This document shows positions 38,308-47,785 of a stretch of 64,000 bases of DNA, one piece after another. The position numbers and the translations under genes were made by a program. The first letter of the stretch is position 1, and the number at the start of each line of letters is the position of its first letter. The notes under the pieces were generated by a model that searched no databases, was not told the origin of the DNA, and saw only the letters and a program-made list of their open reading frames with translations. The stretch is taken from the sequence record SRR2962707_648. One strand, written 5' to 3'.

Positions 38308-39283
38308 CAGCGTCGATCAGAGTCGCGGTCACACCGATACTGCCAACCAATTGACGGTAAAAGGCTTTCTGTAAATCCAACAAGCCTTGAAACAAAGGAA
38401 TCATGTCACCTGTGTTGTAATTGTGCTCCGCCGGTGCGCCTTGATACGCCACCCAAGAAGCCGTGAGCGCCTCTTGAACCGCAGCCATGCCTTCCTCGCC
38501 GTGTTTTGCATACACTATGGTGGCGACATTCGGCTGCTGATCGTCAGCAAGAAGCTGCTTATTGGTTTCTAAAATCGCGCCAATAAAGCCCCATGACGCT
38601 TTGCTGTAAGGGTATTGTTGATGCTCAGGCTTTGGTTGACCCAGTGTGGCCTTCGTCAAACCACTGATTTGCGCAATGCGCCAATCACGGGTTTTATAAA
38701 TGTTTTCGATTTCTGCGTTGATCAACAAAGACAAGGCTTTATCGTGATCATCAAGGAAGTCGGCACGGTGCTCTTGGTAACCATCACGCACCTGAGTCAA
38801 GCGCTTACAAACGTTCGAACTAATGACCTCGGCCATTTCTTTGCGACGCTCTGTCCAAGGGCCGCTGAACATAACATCGTCCAATGCGCCCAAGGTTTTA
38901 TAAGAGTTTTTATACAAGGCTTTGGAGGCGGCAAGATCCCCCTTCATGATGCGACCTAGGCTTTCATGAATGTCTTCTTTGCCCATGTGGAAATAATCCA
39001 CCATCAAGGGATAGTCCATCGCGTCCATGTCATACGCACCTAGAATATAGCTCGCCTGTACACGCCCCCAACCTTCTGTCAGTTGCGCAAAAGCCTGATG
39101 CCGCTGCTCACTCGATGGGTTGTCTAGTGCCTGTTTTAGATCTCCACAATAGGTCACCGCATTGTTCGCGTTCGCCTGAATAACAGTGTCATAAATAACC
39201 GCATAAGGGTCTTGTTCTGCCGCTTGGCTCAGCGCAGGAGCGCCCAGCAGTAGCATGAGTGACAGACCAGTAAAAGCTTTCAT
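38297..39283 (-). CDS. Imelysin-like periplasmic protein with a degenerate motif
   Basis: Signal peptide; helical; KTLGALDDVMF in place of the GxHxxE motif; ends DADGD, typical of the second imelysin in such clusters. Confidence 0.7.
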   Translation of the reverse strand: MKAFTGLSLMLLLGAPALSQAAEQDPYAVIYDTVIQANANNAVTYCGDLKQALDNPSSEQRHQAFAQLTEGWGRVQASYILGAYDMDAMDYPLMVDYFHMGKEDIHESLGRIMKGDLAASKALYKNSYKTLGALDDVMFSGPWTERRKEMAEVISSNVCKRLTQVRDGYQEHRADFLDDHDKALSLLINAEIENIYKTRDWRIAQISGLTKATLGQPKPEHQQYPYSKASWGFIGAILETNKQLLADDQQPNVATIVYAKHGEEGMAAVQEALTASWVAYQGAPAEHNYNTGDMIPLFQGLLDLQKAFYRQLVGSIGVTATLIDADGD

Positions 39284-40692
39284 AGTTGCTCCAGAAAATG
39301 TAGCAAGGCCGCACGCTGAGCGCGACCCAGTTCAATAAATGTCGATTTGGCGGCTTGTGCCTCACCACCATGCCAGAGAATCGCTTCTTCTGGCGTTGCT
39401 GCCCGAGCATCGTGCAAAAAGCGCTCTCCTGCACGAACACGACCACCTATCCCCCACAAAGGGGCGGTACGATACTCGCGCTCACTGGCCAAAAACTCCG
39501 GCCGTCCATCTTTTAGCGATGCGCCCATGTCATGAAGCAACAGGTCGCTGTAGGGGTGAAAGACTTGGCCTTTCTCAGTCGTTAATGTTGACCGATGGCA
39601 ACCGCCACACCCCGCCTCATGAAAGAGCTTTTGCCCTTTTTGAGCTTCCTCATCCAGAGCAACAGGTTGTGGCACTTTATGGCCACGAATGTAGGCAGCT
39701 ATGGCTTGTAATCGGAACTCAGGAAGATCCAAAAGGCCATGGGGTGATTGCCGTCCACGGGGCGCTGCTAAGCAATCCAACTGCGCAGGTTGACACAACT
39801 CTTCAGGGTAAGCTGGGTTGGTTAAACCAAGGTCATGGGCTGCCGCATTGGCGGATTGGTTGACAATACTAGCTTCCGACGCCTTCCAATTAAAGCGTCC
39901 CAATACTTTTTGTTGCTGTTCTGGTGGATTTAACCAATTCGGGCGCCCACTAATGCCATCGCCATTGCTATCTGATGGGTCCGCCCAGGCTAAAATCTCA
40001 CTCTCTGGCACTTGCTCCAGTAAGCCCAAGCCAACCAACGCGGGAGGCTGGCGTAAGGAAATTACCGTATCATCCGCTAACGGGCCATAAGCCAATTGAT
40101 CTAAATAAGGGTCAAATTTAGACAAGAGAATGGTTTGCCCATCTGGGTAGGTAAAAGGCAGCGATTCAATGCGCAACCGAGTACGCGCTTCAGGTAGCAC
40201 TTTGCCATTACCGTTAATGGCGACCTGCACCCCATACACTGGGTCCGGCACGCTGTCGTGCGCCGGTGCATCGATATTGTTTAACTGCCAACGTAACCCA
40301 TGCTTACTTGGCTGGGTCAATTTAAACACCAGCGAGCGCAACGGCTGCCCATCTTTACTGAGGGTCGGCGCACCACCGCTGTCCACATGACAACTGGTAC
40401 AGGTATTGGCATTGAAATGAGGGCCTAAACCATCACGTGCCGTTGTGGCACTGGGGGCCTCCACCCAAGGAATAGAAAAAAAGGAGCGACCGAGAATAAA
40501 CTGATCGTATTCAGCGTCTGTCATGTTTCGCGGTTGCGAAAAAGGCTTGCTGCTTTTTGAATTAGTAAACAACTCGCTATCAGCAGTACCAGACATTTCA
40601 GTCGCGGCGCTGTGAACCAAACTAGGCCATATTAGAAACACAAAAGCGCCTCGAAAAATCCTTTTCGCGACGCGTCGACCGTTACTTTTCAT
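39280..40692 (-). CDS. Di-heme oxidoreductase (DHOR/DUF1111 family)
   Basis: RDGLGPHFNANTCTSCH, GLGLLE, DGISGRPN, GRFNWKA, CGGCH, SDLLLHDMG, RTAPLWG and LHDARA...EAILWHGGEA motifs. Confidence 0.88.
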   Translation of the reverse strand: MKSNGRRVAKRIFRGAFVFLIWPSLVHSAATEMSGTADSELFTNSKSSKPFSQPRNMTDAEYDQFILGRSFFSIPWVEAPSATTARDGLGPHFNANTCTSCHVDSGGAPTLSKDGQPLRSLVFKLTQPSKHGLRWQLNNIDAPAHDSVPDPVYGVQVAINGNGKVLPEARTRLRIESLPFTYPDGQTILLSKFDPYLDQLAYGPLADDTVISLRQPPALVGLGLLEQVPESEILAWADPSDSNGDGISGRPNWLNPPEQQQKVLGRFNWKASEASIVNQSANAAAHDLGLTNPAYPEELCQPAQLDCLAAPRGRQSPHGLLDLPEFRLQAIAAYIRGHKVPQPVALDEEAQKGQKLFHEAGCGGCHRSTLTTEKGQVFHPYSDLLLHDMGASLKDGRPEFLASEREYRTAPLWGIGGRVRAGERFLHDARAATPEEAILWHGGEAQAAKSTFIELGRAQRAALLHFLEQL

Positions 40693-40735
40693 AGTTCTCT
40701 ATTTTGACTAGTTCGAACCCATTAAAAAAGAAAGA

Positions 40736-40769
40736 CACGTTACCTTATTTCACACTATAAGGTAACGTG
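40736..40769 (-). terminator. Intra-cluster stem-loop after the imelysin gene
   Basis: 13-bp perfect stem CACGTTACCTTAT/ATAAGGTAACGTG, then TCTTTCTTTTTT on the minus strand. Confidence 0.7.
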
Positions 40770-40799
40770 CTCCTATCCGCTTATTGCCTATTGCTTGAC

Positions 40800-42128
40800 T
40801 TAGATCTGAGTTTCTTCAGCGTCTGTTACATCATTCGTAGTCAATGAAATACCGTAAGCGTTCGCAACATTCACCATTTGGTCACCCAAACGACGAAGTT
40901 CATTTTTCAAGGTAACAATGTTCTGTACGCTGGCTTCGTTTTCTGGGTGAATCTGGTAATCAAAATGCATCGTTGTTGTCGCCAATTTGTTGATCTTAGC
41001 GATGCGCATTTCAATGTCAGCCATCAATGCTTTGATCTTCGCTTGCTCTTCAGTTGGCAAGTTGTCAAAGAAAGCTGGTCCGACTTTTTTGCCTTTGTAC
41101 TCGCCCATCAAGACGTTTTTGATGCCTTGGTAGTTCAAGTCAATGTCACGGTGAGTATTGTCAGAGAAACAAGAATGCTCATCTTCTTCACTTGGCGTTA
41201 ATACGGCTACCGCAATACGCTCATTGGCCAATTCAGATTTAGAGAACACACCCATTGCAGAGAAAATCTGTTTCAAAGACGTCGCTGTTGCGATGTTTTT
41301 GTCTTTTTCAGCGCCCGTCAATTGATCCAATAAAGCGGCACGGTAAAGGCCGTTATTGCCGATCACCTTGGTATTCCACGCGCTAGACACTTTGGCTAGG
41401 TCGTAAACCAACTTGTCTGTTGCCGCTCTTAGGTAATCCAAGCGACGTTGCTTCAATTTGTCTGTTGTAAAATCAGACAATGGACGCTGGCCTGCGGTCA
41501 TTGGGCCGTGCGTGATCTTGTCTTCGATCATGTTGTTGTAGTCTTGATCTTGGCCCCACAACAAAAACTCAATGGCGTGGTAACCACTTGCTACGTTGGC
41601 GTCACCGCCATTTTCGTTTAATTCAGTGAGCACTTCAGGGGTGATCTTGGCCACATTTACTGGCTCTGCGTCTTCACCACCTGGAGTAAATACCCCTTTC
41701 GTATCAATGATATTGCCACTGGTACGCTGGTAGTTTGCGTCTTCCGTGTAGTCAATTAGGTTTTCATCCAACGGCCAAGCGTTGATCTGACCTTCTAATC
41801 CACCGTAAGCTTCTGCTACCCAGCCATCTTCTGCATCGATAGGGCCGTTAGATAGACGGAAAATTTCTGTTGTTCCGTAGCTTTCACGAGAGGCTAACCA
41901 AGCATTTTTTGCGGCTTGTAAGGTTTCTGCTGTTGGGTTTTTCGCAAAGGTATCAATCGCGACTTTAAGGGCTTTCGCACCTTCTAATGCGTCTTGATAG
42001 TTCGCTGTCGCAATCGTTGCATAAGTGTTCAAGGTGGCACGTTGCACACTCTGAGAGACGGCAGACATCGCTGGCAAAGAAAAGCTAAGTGTAGCGCCTA
42101 CGATGAGGGTATTTAGAATCGTTCTCAC
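40800..42128 (-). CDS. Imelysin (peptidase M75) family iron-regulated protein, IrpA/IcmP-like
   Basis: INAWPLDE, SGYHAIEFLLWGQD (GxHxxE), ELANER and EDEHSCFSDNT motifs; signal peptide; GTG start after GGAG. Confidence 0.92.
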   Translation of the reverse strand: MRTILNTLIVGATLSFSLPAMSAVSQSVQRATLNTYATIATANYQDALEGAKALKVAIDTFAKNPTAETLQAAKNAWLASRESYGTTEIFRLSNGPIDAEDGWVAEAYGGLEGQINAWPLDENLIDYTEDANYQRTSGNIIDTKGVFTPGGEDAEPVNVAKITPEVLTELNENGGDANVASGYHAIEFLLWGQDQDYNNMIEDKITHGPMTAGQRPLSDFTTDKLKQRRLDYLRAATDKLVYDLAKVSSAWNTKVIGNNGLYRAALLDQLTGAEKDKNIATATSLKQIFSAMGVFSKSELANERIAVAVLTPSEEDEHSCFSDNTHRDIDLNYQGIKNVLMGEYKGKKVGPAFFDNLPTEEQAKIKALMADIEMRIAKINKLATTTMHFDYQIHPENEASVQNIVTLKNELRRLGDQMVNVANAYGISLTTNDVTDAEETQI

Positions 42129-42207
42129 TATTATTTACTCCTAATGTGTTTTTTTTAAAATAGCGGATCTACCCTAATGCTAGGGCAAACCCTGATCATC
42201 CATTGTA

Positions 42208-43083
42208 TTAATGCGTTTCTGTTGCCGTTTCTAATCTCTGTGTGCGCTGTGGTCGCCCACGCAATTGCCATCTAAGTACCAAGAGTACCAACACCCAATA
42301 AATGGCAACCATAACCAAATCCCAACCAATAGGCTGTGAGCGATAAGCAAAAAGCGACGCCAACAAACCACCAAATACAGAACTGTCACTCAGCACACCA
42401 GACACATCCCATACTGTGCTGTACAGCCAAGCTGGTAAATCTGTTGCCGCCAGTGGGCCACCTAATAATTTGCCCGCGGCGGTTAAAAAGAGGGCTGAGC
42501 CCAAGAAAAGCAACATGGTTTCCGTGACTCGGAAAAACCATTTCCAAGAAATGTATTTGCCGCCAATTTGCAGCAAGAAGAACAGAATCATTGCCAGCGC
42601 CAAACCAATGGCCGCCGCCACAAAGAAGTTCACATAGGAGCCAAACGAGTCCAGCTGCAACAAGGAGCCATAAAGAAACATAACGGTTTCAGAACCTTCA
42701 CGCCCAACCGCGATCATCGCCAGGAAGAACACTCCCCACCAGTTGGAGGATTTGGCGCTTTCTTCTAGCCCACTTTCAAGGTCTTTTTTCATCGTGCGGC
42801 CATGGGCACGCATCCACATCACCATCTGCACAATCAATGCACTGGCAAACGTCAGCATGCCGATTTCAAACCAATCGCGACCAGCTCCACCTAAAATATC
42901 GGTCACTCCGATCAAAGTAAGCGTCAGCAAACCCGCCAGAGCAAACCCGCCTAATATCCCAGCCAACAACCAAATTTTTCCTTGTCGCGCGTCTGGGCGG
43001 CCATTCATCCAGGCGTATAAAATTCCTATCACTAAGAGCGCTTCCACACTCTCACGACAAACAACAAAAATAATCTGTCCCAT
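42208..43083 (-). CDS. FTR1-family iron permease (FtrC/EfeU-like)
   Basis: Two RExxE motifs (RESVE, REGSE); about 7 TM segments. Confidence 0.92.
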   Translation of the reverse strand: MGQIIFVVCRESVEALLVIGILYAWMNGRPDARQGKIWLLAGILGGFALAGLLTLTLIGVTDILGGAGRDWFEIGMLTFASALIVQMVMWMRAHGRTMKKDLESGLEESAKSSNWWGVFFLAMIAVGREGSETVMFLYGSLLQLDSFGSYVNFFVAAAIGLALAMILFFLLQIGGKYISWKWFFRVTETMLLFLGSALFLTAAGKLLGGPLAATDLPAWLYSTVWDVSGVLSDSSVFGGLLASLFAYRSQPIGWDLVMVAIYWVLVLLVLRWQLRGRPQRTQRLETATETH

Positions 43084-43086
43084 TGT

Positions 43087-43503
43087 TTAATCCTGAGCCT
43101 TAACAGTAATTTTTCCGCGAGCAGTCGGTGCAAAATCGTCGTAATAATCATACGAGCCAACATCCAATGGCGTAATAACCAGGCTGGTATTCGCGCCCAT
43201 AAACAATACTTTTTCTTGGCGCAGCTGGTTACTTTCAAACTCTGCTGGCTTGCTGCCAATGTTTTTTACCACTAGGCGGAATCTCGTTTTAGCAGGAACA
43301 ATCAACTCCGCAGGAATCAACTCACCGTCTTTAATTTCAATCAGGTAAGTGGGTAATTTAGTATAACGAGGGTCATGTATTTGCTGACTGAAGCCATTAG
43401 CATCCTTTTGAGTGCTACTTTGAGAGCCACCCTCTGCTGCCCACACTTTCATTGTCGTCAGGGCAAAAAACAGGGAAAGAAAGAAAATACCGATCAACTT
43501 CAT
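43087..43503 (-). CDS. Periplasmic cupredoxin-domain protein (FtrB-like)
   Basis: Signal peptide from ATG 43503; PAELIVPA, PAEFES..L..EKV and GSYDYYDDF motifs. Confidence 0.82.
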   Translation of the reverse strand: MKLIGIFFLSLFFALTTMKVWAAEGGSQSSTQKDANGFSQQIHDPRYTKLPTYLIEIKDGELIPAELIVPAKTRFRLVVKNIGSKPAEFESNQLRQEKVLFMGANTSLVITPLDVGSYDYYDDFAPTARGKITVKAQD

Positions 43504-43689
43504 TGAAAACATCCAGCCATAATAGATTAAGCAATTGGAGCAGATACGACGAACTCGCCCCTTCCTTACGTTTAGCCAACGCATTTACGAATCCAATGCG
43601 TTAGTTTGATACCGTTCGTGCATGCTTCTCATTGCGTTATTTGAAAAAGCACAAGCACACACGTTAATGTCGGTTTAAAACATCTTAAC

Positions 43690-43708
43690 AAGAACGCTTC
43701 TCATATTC
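43690..43708 (-). promoter_or_regulatory. Candidate Fur box for the iron cluster
   Basis: Minus strand GAATATGAGAAGCGTTCTT, 12/19 to GATAATGATAATCATTATC by my count. Confidence 0.45.
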
Positions 43709-43803
43709 ATTATTTTTTGTGCATTTGGTCGTATTCTAATGAAAAAATTTTCGATCGATAACCTATCACAACGCAATCACAACGCTTTTGTCACTGACTC
43801 AAG

Positions 43804-43850
43804 GCAAAATCCAGTAGACAAGAAGCAAAATCCAGTAGACAAGAAGCAAA
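43804..43850. repeat. 21-bp tandem duplication
   Basis: GCAAAATCCAGTAGACAAGAA twice exactly, plus GCAAA. Confidence 0.9.
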
Positions 43851-44074
43851 GATCAAAACGACTGGCACACCTACTGGCCACGAGGGGTATCACAGAAATG
43901 GCAGAAAAGAGAAACAAGGAAGCAGCAGAGAAAAGAAAGTATTGAGATGCGAGCCAGCGAGTCTGCGCTTGATCATGATCAGACAAGATCAAGCGCAGCC
44001 AGTGTGCGTGCGTCTATGACGCAAAAATGGCAACCCTATAAAAAGCAGCAGCAAAGACGCTGTCGCTCATGATG

Positions 44075-45562
44075 TTATAGACGAATCCACACGTTTTTCA
44101 CTTCGGTGTATTTTTCCATCGCATGAAGCGATTTATCACGACCATTACCAGACGCTTTAACACCACCAAATGGCACGGTTGAATCACCATCTCCCCAAGT
44201 ATTTACCCATACCATTCCGCTTTCTAATTGGCGGCTAACACGATGAGCACGTGACAAATTGCTTGTCCAAATAGCAGCGCCTAAGCCATATTTAGAATCG
44301 TTCGCCAAGGCAACACCTTCTTCTTCTGTCTCAAAGGTGGCAACCGCAAGCACAGGACCGAAAATTTCTTCTCGTACAAATTCCATGCTGTTTTTCGCGT
44401 CAGCAAAGATCGTTGGTTTTGCGTAAAAGCCTTTCCCTTGTTGATACTCAGGTACGCCACCATGCACCAATGTCGCGCCGTCCGCTTGCGCACTATTGAT
44501 AAAGCGCGTAACGGTATCAAGCTGAGTCTTGTCTACCATTGGCCCCATATTGGTTGCCGGATTCAATGGATCTCCCGCCACATAGCCTTTCGCCGCTTCT
44601 ATCAAGGCCACCATAAATTTGTCTTTAATGCCGCTTTGCACGTACAAACGAGAGCAAGCAATGCAAACTTCGCCTTGATTGGTAAAAATAGACGACGCCG
44701 CGCCTTTTGCCGCCGCAGTAATGTCTTCGCAGTCGTCAAACACCAAACAAGGGGATTTGCCACCAGCTTCAATCCAGACACGCTTCAAGTTCGATTGACC
44801 TGAATATTCCATCAACATGCCAGCGACGCGACTTGAACCAGTGAAGGCGATGACCTGTACGTCATTATGCAAAGCAAGCGCTTTACCGGCAGTATGACCA
44901 AAGCCTGGCAGAACGTTAAAGACACCATCTGGCACACCCGCTTGTGTTGCTAGTTCAGCCAAACGCAACACACTTAATGGTGATTTTTCAGACGGTTTTA
45001 AAATCACGCTATTGCCCGCAGCAAGCGCTGGCGCCACTTTCCAAGAGGCCATCATCAAGGGGTAATTCCACGGTGTAATCGCCGCAATCACGCCAATAGG
45101 CTCATGGCTGATCAACGCAAGATTTGGCCCACTTGTTGGTGCGATTTCACCGTACAGTTTGTCTATGCCTTCTGCCGTCCAGCGGAAGCAATCTATGGAA
45201 TCTGGAATATCAATGCCGACCATTTCAGAAATGGATTTGCCCATGTCTAAAGTGTCTAGCAGCGCAAATTCGTCTTTATGCTCTTCAATCAATTGCGCCC
45301 ATTTAAGCATGATGTTTTTTCGCTCACGGGGAGCCATGGTTGACCACACGCCACTTTTAAAGGCTTTTTTTGCCGCCGCAACCGCCACATCCACATCCGC
45401 GCTATCACAACTGGCCACCTTGGTGAGCAGGGTTTCCGTGGTGGGGTTAATGCAGTCAAAGGTCTCGCCGCTCACGGCAGGAACAAACTCACCATTAATA
45501 TACGCCTGACTTGGAAAAGAAAGGGAGGCGGCCTGCGCTTTCCATTGTTCGTAACTATTCAT
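44075..45562 (-). CDS. puuC: Aldehyde dehydrogenase, PuuC-like
   Basis: PWNYP, KPSEKSPLS, FTGS, EAGGKS, NQGEVC, EEIFGP and GNGRDKSLHA motifs; polyamine gene context. Confidence 0.8.
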   Translation of the reverse strand: MNSYEQWKAQAASLSFPSQAYINGEFVPAVSGETFDCINPTTETLLTKVASCDSADVDVAVAAAKKAFKSGVWSTMAPRERKNIMLKWAQLIEEHKDEFALLDTLDMGKSISEMVGIDIPDSIDCFRWTAEGIDKLYGEIAPTSGPNLALISHEPIGVIAAITPWNYPLMMASWKVAPALAAGNSVILKPSEKSPLSVLRLAELATQAGVPDGVFNVLPGFGHTAGKALALHNDVQVIAFTGSSRVAGMLMEYSGQSNLKRVWIEAGGKSPCLVFDDCEDITAAAKGAASSIFTNQGEVCIACSRLYVQSGIKDKFMVALIEAAKGYVAGDPLNPATNMGPMVDKTQLDTVTRFINSAQADGATLVHGGVPEYQQGKGFYAKPTIFADAKNSMEFVREEIFGPVLAVATFETEEEGVALANDSKYGLGAAIWTSNLSRAHRVSRQLESGMVWVNTWGDGDSTVPFGGVKASGNGRDKSLHAMEKYTEVKNVWIRL

Positions 45563-45779
45563 GATAATTTCCTTGAGTAAATCGTCGAATATTAGGAGAC
45601 TTTCTTATTCTGCAAAACGACGTATAAAAGATACTGCCAAGCTACAAAATCCACACTGAGAAAACCATATCCCCAAGGTGGTACAAAGCATAAGTTCACC
45701 CGCTACTATACTGTGCCCTGACTAGGAGGATACATCACACAGGTAAAACACAGCCCAGTTCGCGCGGGGGTGGTTGCTC

Positions 45780-46682
45780 CTATTGAGAGGGTGGCACACA
45801 TTGCTGGATCTTTTCAATCAACCACTGGATGCTTTCTTGGCTATCGTAAAGTTGGTGTGAAAAAATGCTCAGCGACAGTTCAGGCACACCTTTCGGCAAC
45901 AACACTGTTCGCACCGGCAACATGGCCGTTAACTCTTTGGCAATATTCGCCGGCACACACATCAAGCTGTCCGACTTGGCGGCGACCATGCCACCAATCG
46001 CATAACTCTGCACTATCATCGAAATTTGTCTCGATTGATGTTGCTCTATCAACCATTGATCGATGGGGTCCGCGCCTGAGTTAACCAGTGGCAAATGAAT
46101 GTGCGGTGTCGCTAAAAAAGCATGCAGACTAAGCTGATCTGGCAAGCTGTGCCCTTCTCGCACAATACCTACGTATTGATCCGTTAACCAATGCTGACGA
46201 TGGTAATACCTTGGCACAGACTGCAAGTTATCGACCCCTAGAAAAAGATCTAAGCGCCCTTCTTCAACTCGATCCATGCGCAAATTCTCCGGCAAGATAT
46301 CAATGGCGATGCGGATATTAGGCGCCTCCTCTTGCAACCGACTCGCCAGCTTAGGCAAGGCATAAAACTCAAAATAATCGACCGCGCCAATGTAAAAGGT
46401 TTTGGCTTCAGTGCGCGGATTAAAAGGCTTCACTTTATTAAACGCCAAATCCAATGCACTCAGCCCTTTGCGCACATCTGGGATCAACGCCAGGGCTGTT
46501 GGCGTTGGCTCCATGCCTAATTTGGTTTTAACAAACAAGGGGTCATCGAAACGGGTCCGTAGCTTTGCCAATACATGACTTGCCGCAGACTGACTCAAAT
46601 GCAAGGTCTTGGCTGCGCGTGACAAACTTCGTTCACGCTCCAGCACCACGAGCAAACGTAGCTGGCTGATGTCTATGTCCAT
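45780..46682 (-). CDS. LysR-family regulator
   Basis: SLSRAAKTLHLSQSAASHVLAKLR..FDDPLFV; divergent from aguBA. Confidence 0.92.
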   Translation of the reverse strand: MDIDISQLRLLVVLERERSLSRAAKTLHLSQSAASHVLAKLRTRFDDPLFVKTKLGMEPTPTALALIPDVRKGLSALDLAFNKVKPFNPRTEAKTFYIGAVDYFEFYALPKLASRLQEEAPNIRIAIDILPENLRMDRVEEGRLDLFLGVDNLQSVPRYYHRQHWLTDQYVGIVREGHSLPDQLSLHAFLATPHIHLPLVNSGADPIDQWLIEQHQSRQISMIVQSYAIGGMVAAKSDSLMCVPANIAKELTAMLPVRTVLLPKGVPELSLSIFSHQLYDSQESIQWLIEKIQQCVPPSQ

Positions 46683-46848
46683 AGGTTATCGAAATCTCTC
46701 ATATAACAAACGAAATATTACATTTCCATAATAACCTAATTCCGCGTACAAATAAGATATTGTTATACTAGCGCCACAGAGGCATGCCCTGCTGGGCATA
46801 TTGATGACACACAATCCACTAACATCATCGACGAAAGAGACAGATGCT

Positions 46849-47736
46849 ATGAGAAAAGTAACGGTTGCAGCGACCCAAATGGCGTGTTCTTGGAACATTG
46901 AAGAAAACCTAGACACGGCTGAGCGCTTAGTAAGGCAAGCAGCAGAACAAGGTGCGCAAATTATTCTGCTGCAAGAGTTGTTCGAAACCCCTTACTTTTG
47001 CATCGAGATCAGCGAGTCTTATCACGCCCTAGCCACTACGCTAGAGAGCAACGTCGCCTTTAAGCGTCTTTCTGCGCTGGCCAAAGAACTCGAAGTCGTG
47101 CTGCCATTTAGCTGGTTCGAAAAAGCCGGTAACGTGCGTTACAACACAGTGGCCATGATCGATGCCGACGGCAGCTTAATGGGCACTTACCGCAAGACAC
47201 ACATTCCAGACAGCGATGGCTATCTAGAAAAATACTACTTTAGCCCTGGCGATACCGGCTTTAAAGTGTGGGAAACCCGCTACGCCAAAATTGGCGTAGG
47301 CATCTGCTGGGATCAATGGTTCCCAGAGACGGCTCGCAGTATGGCATTGCAAGGCGCAGAACTTTTGTTCTTCCCAACCGCCATCGGCAGTGAGCCAAGC
47401 CAGCCAGAATTAGACAGCCAACCACATTGGCAACGTGTCATGCAGGGGCATGCGGCCGCTAACCAAACTCCCGTCATCGCGTCTAACCGCATTGGCACCG
47501 AGAACGCAAAATACCGCGACTTGTCTTTGACCTTCTATGGCTCGTCTTTTATTACCGACGACACAGGGGCAAAAGTTGCCGAAGCGGATCGCACAACCGA
47601 AGGAGTATTGGTGCATGAATTCGATTTAGCGCATTTGGAATTCCAACGCCAAGCATGGGGCTTGTATCGCGATCGTCGCCCAACCCATTACCAAACCCTT
47701 CAAACACTGGATGGAAAAACGCCGGCAAACTCGTAA
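46849..47736 (+). CDS. aguB: N-carbamoylputrescine amidase
   Basis: Nitrilase-fold triad motifs QELF, YRKTHIP and ICWDQWFPE; PTAIGSEP; start moved to ATG 46849. Confidence 0.93.
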   Translation: MRKVTVAATQMACSWNIEENLDTAERLVRQAAEQGAQIILLQELFETPYFCIEISESYHALATTLESNVAFKRLSALAKELEVVLPFSWFEKAGNVRYNTVAMIDADGSLMGTYRKTHIPDSDGYLEKYYFSPGDTGFKVWETRYAKIGVGICWDQWFPETARSMALQGAELLFFPTAIGSEPSQPELDSQPHWQRVMQGHAAANQTPVIASNRIGTENAKYRDLSLTFYGSSFITDDTGAKVAEADRTTEGVLVHEFDLAHLEFQRQAWGLYRDRRPTHYQTLQTLDGKTPANS

Positions 47737-47785
47737 CTCCGGTGAATTTGATAATTCCATTAGCGAGTAAAAAATAGGACTGATT

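Noticed and set aside
43804-43850. Direct repeat as a CRISPR array
   Set aside because: Only two abutting copies, with no spacers and no cas genes.
43739-43992. 68-aa and 71-aa ORFs spanning the 21-bp duplication
   Set aside because: Low-complexity products with no recognisable motif or clear RBS; probably non-coding junction DNA.
45620-45642. Sigma-54 promoter for puuC (TTGGCAG on the minus strand)
   Set aside because: No GC or GT at the -12 position (reads TA).
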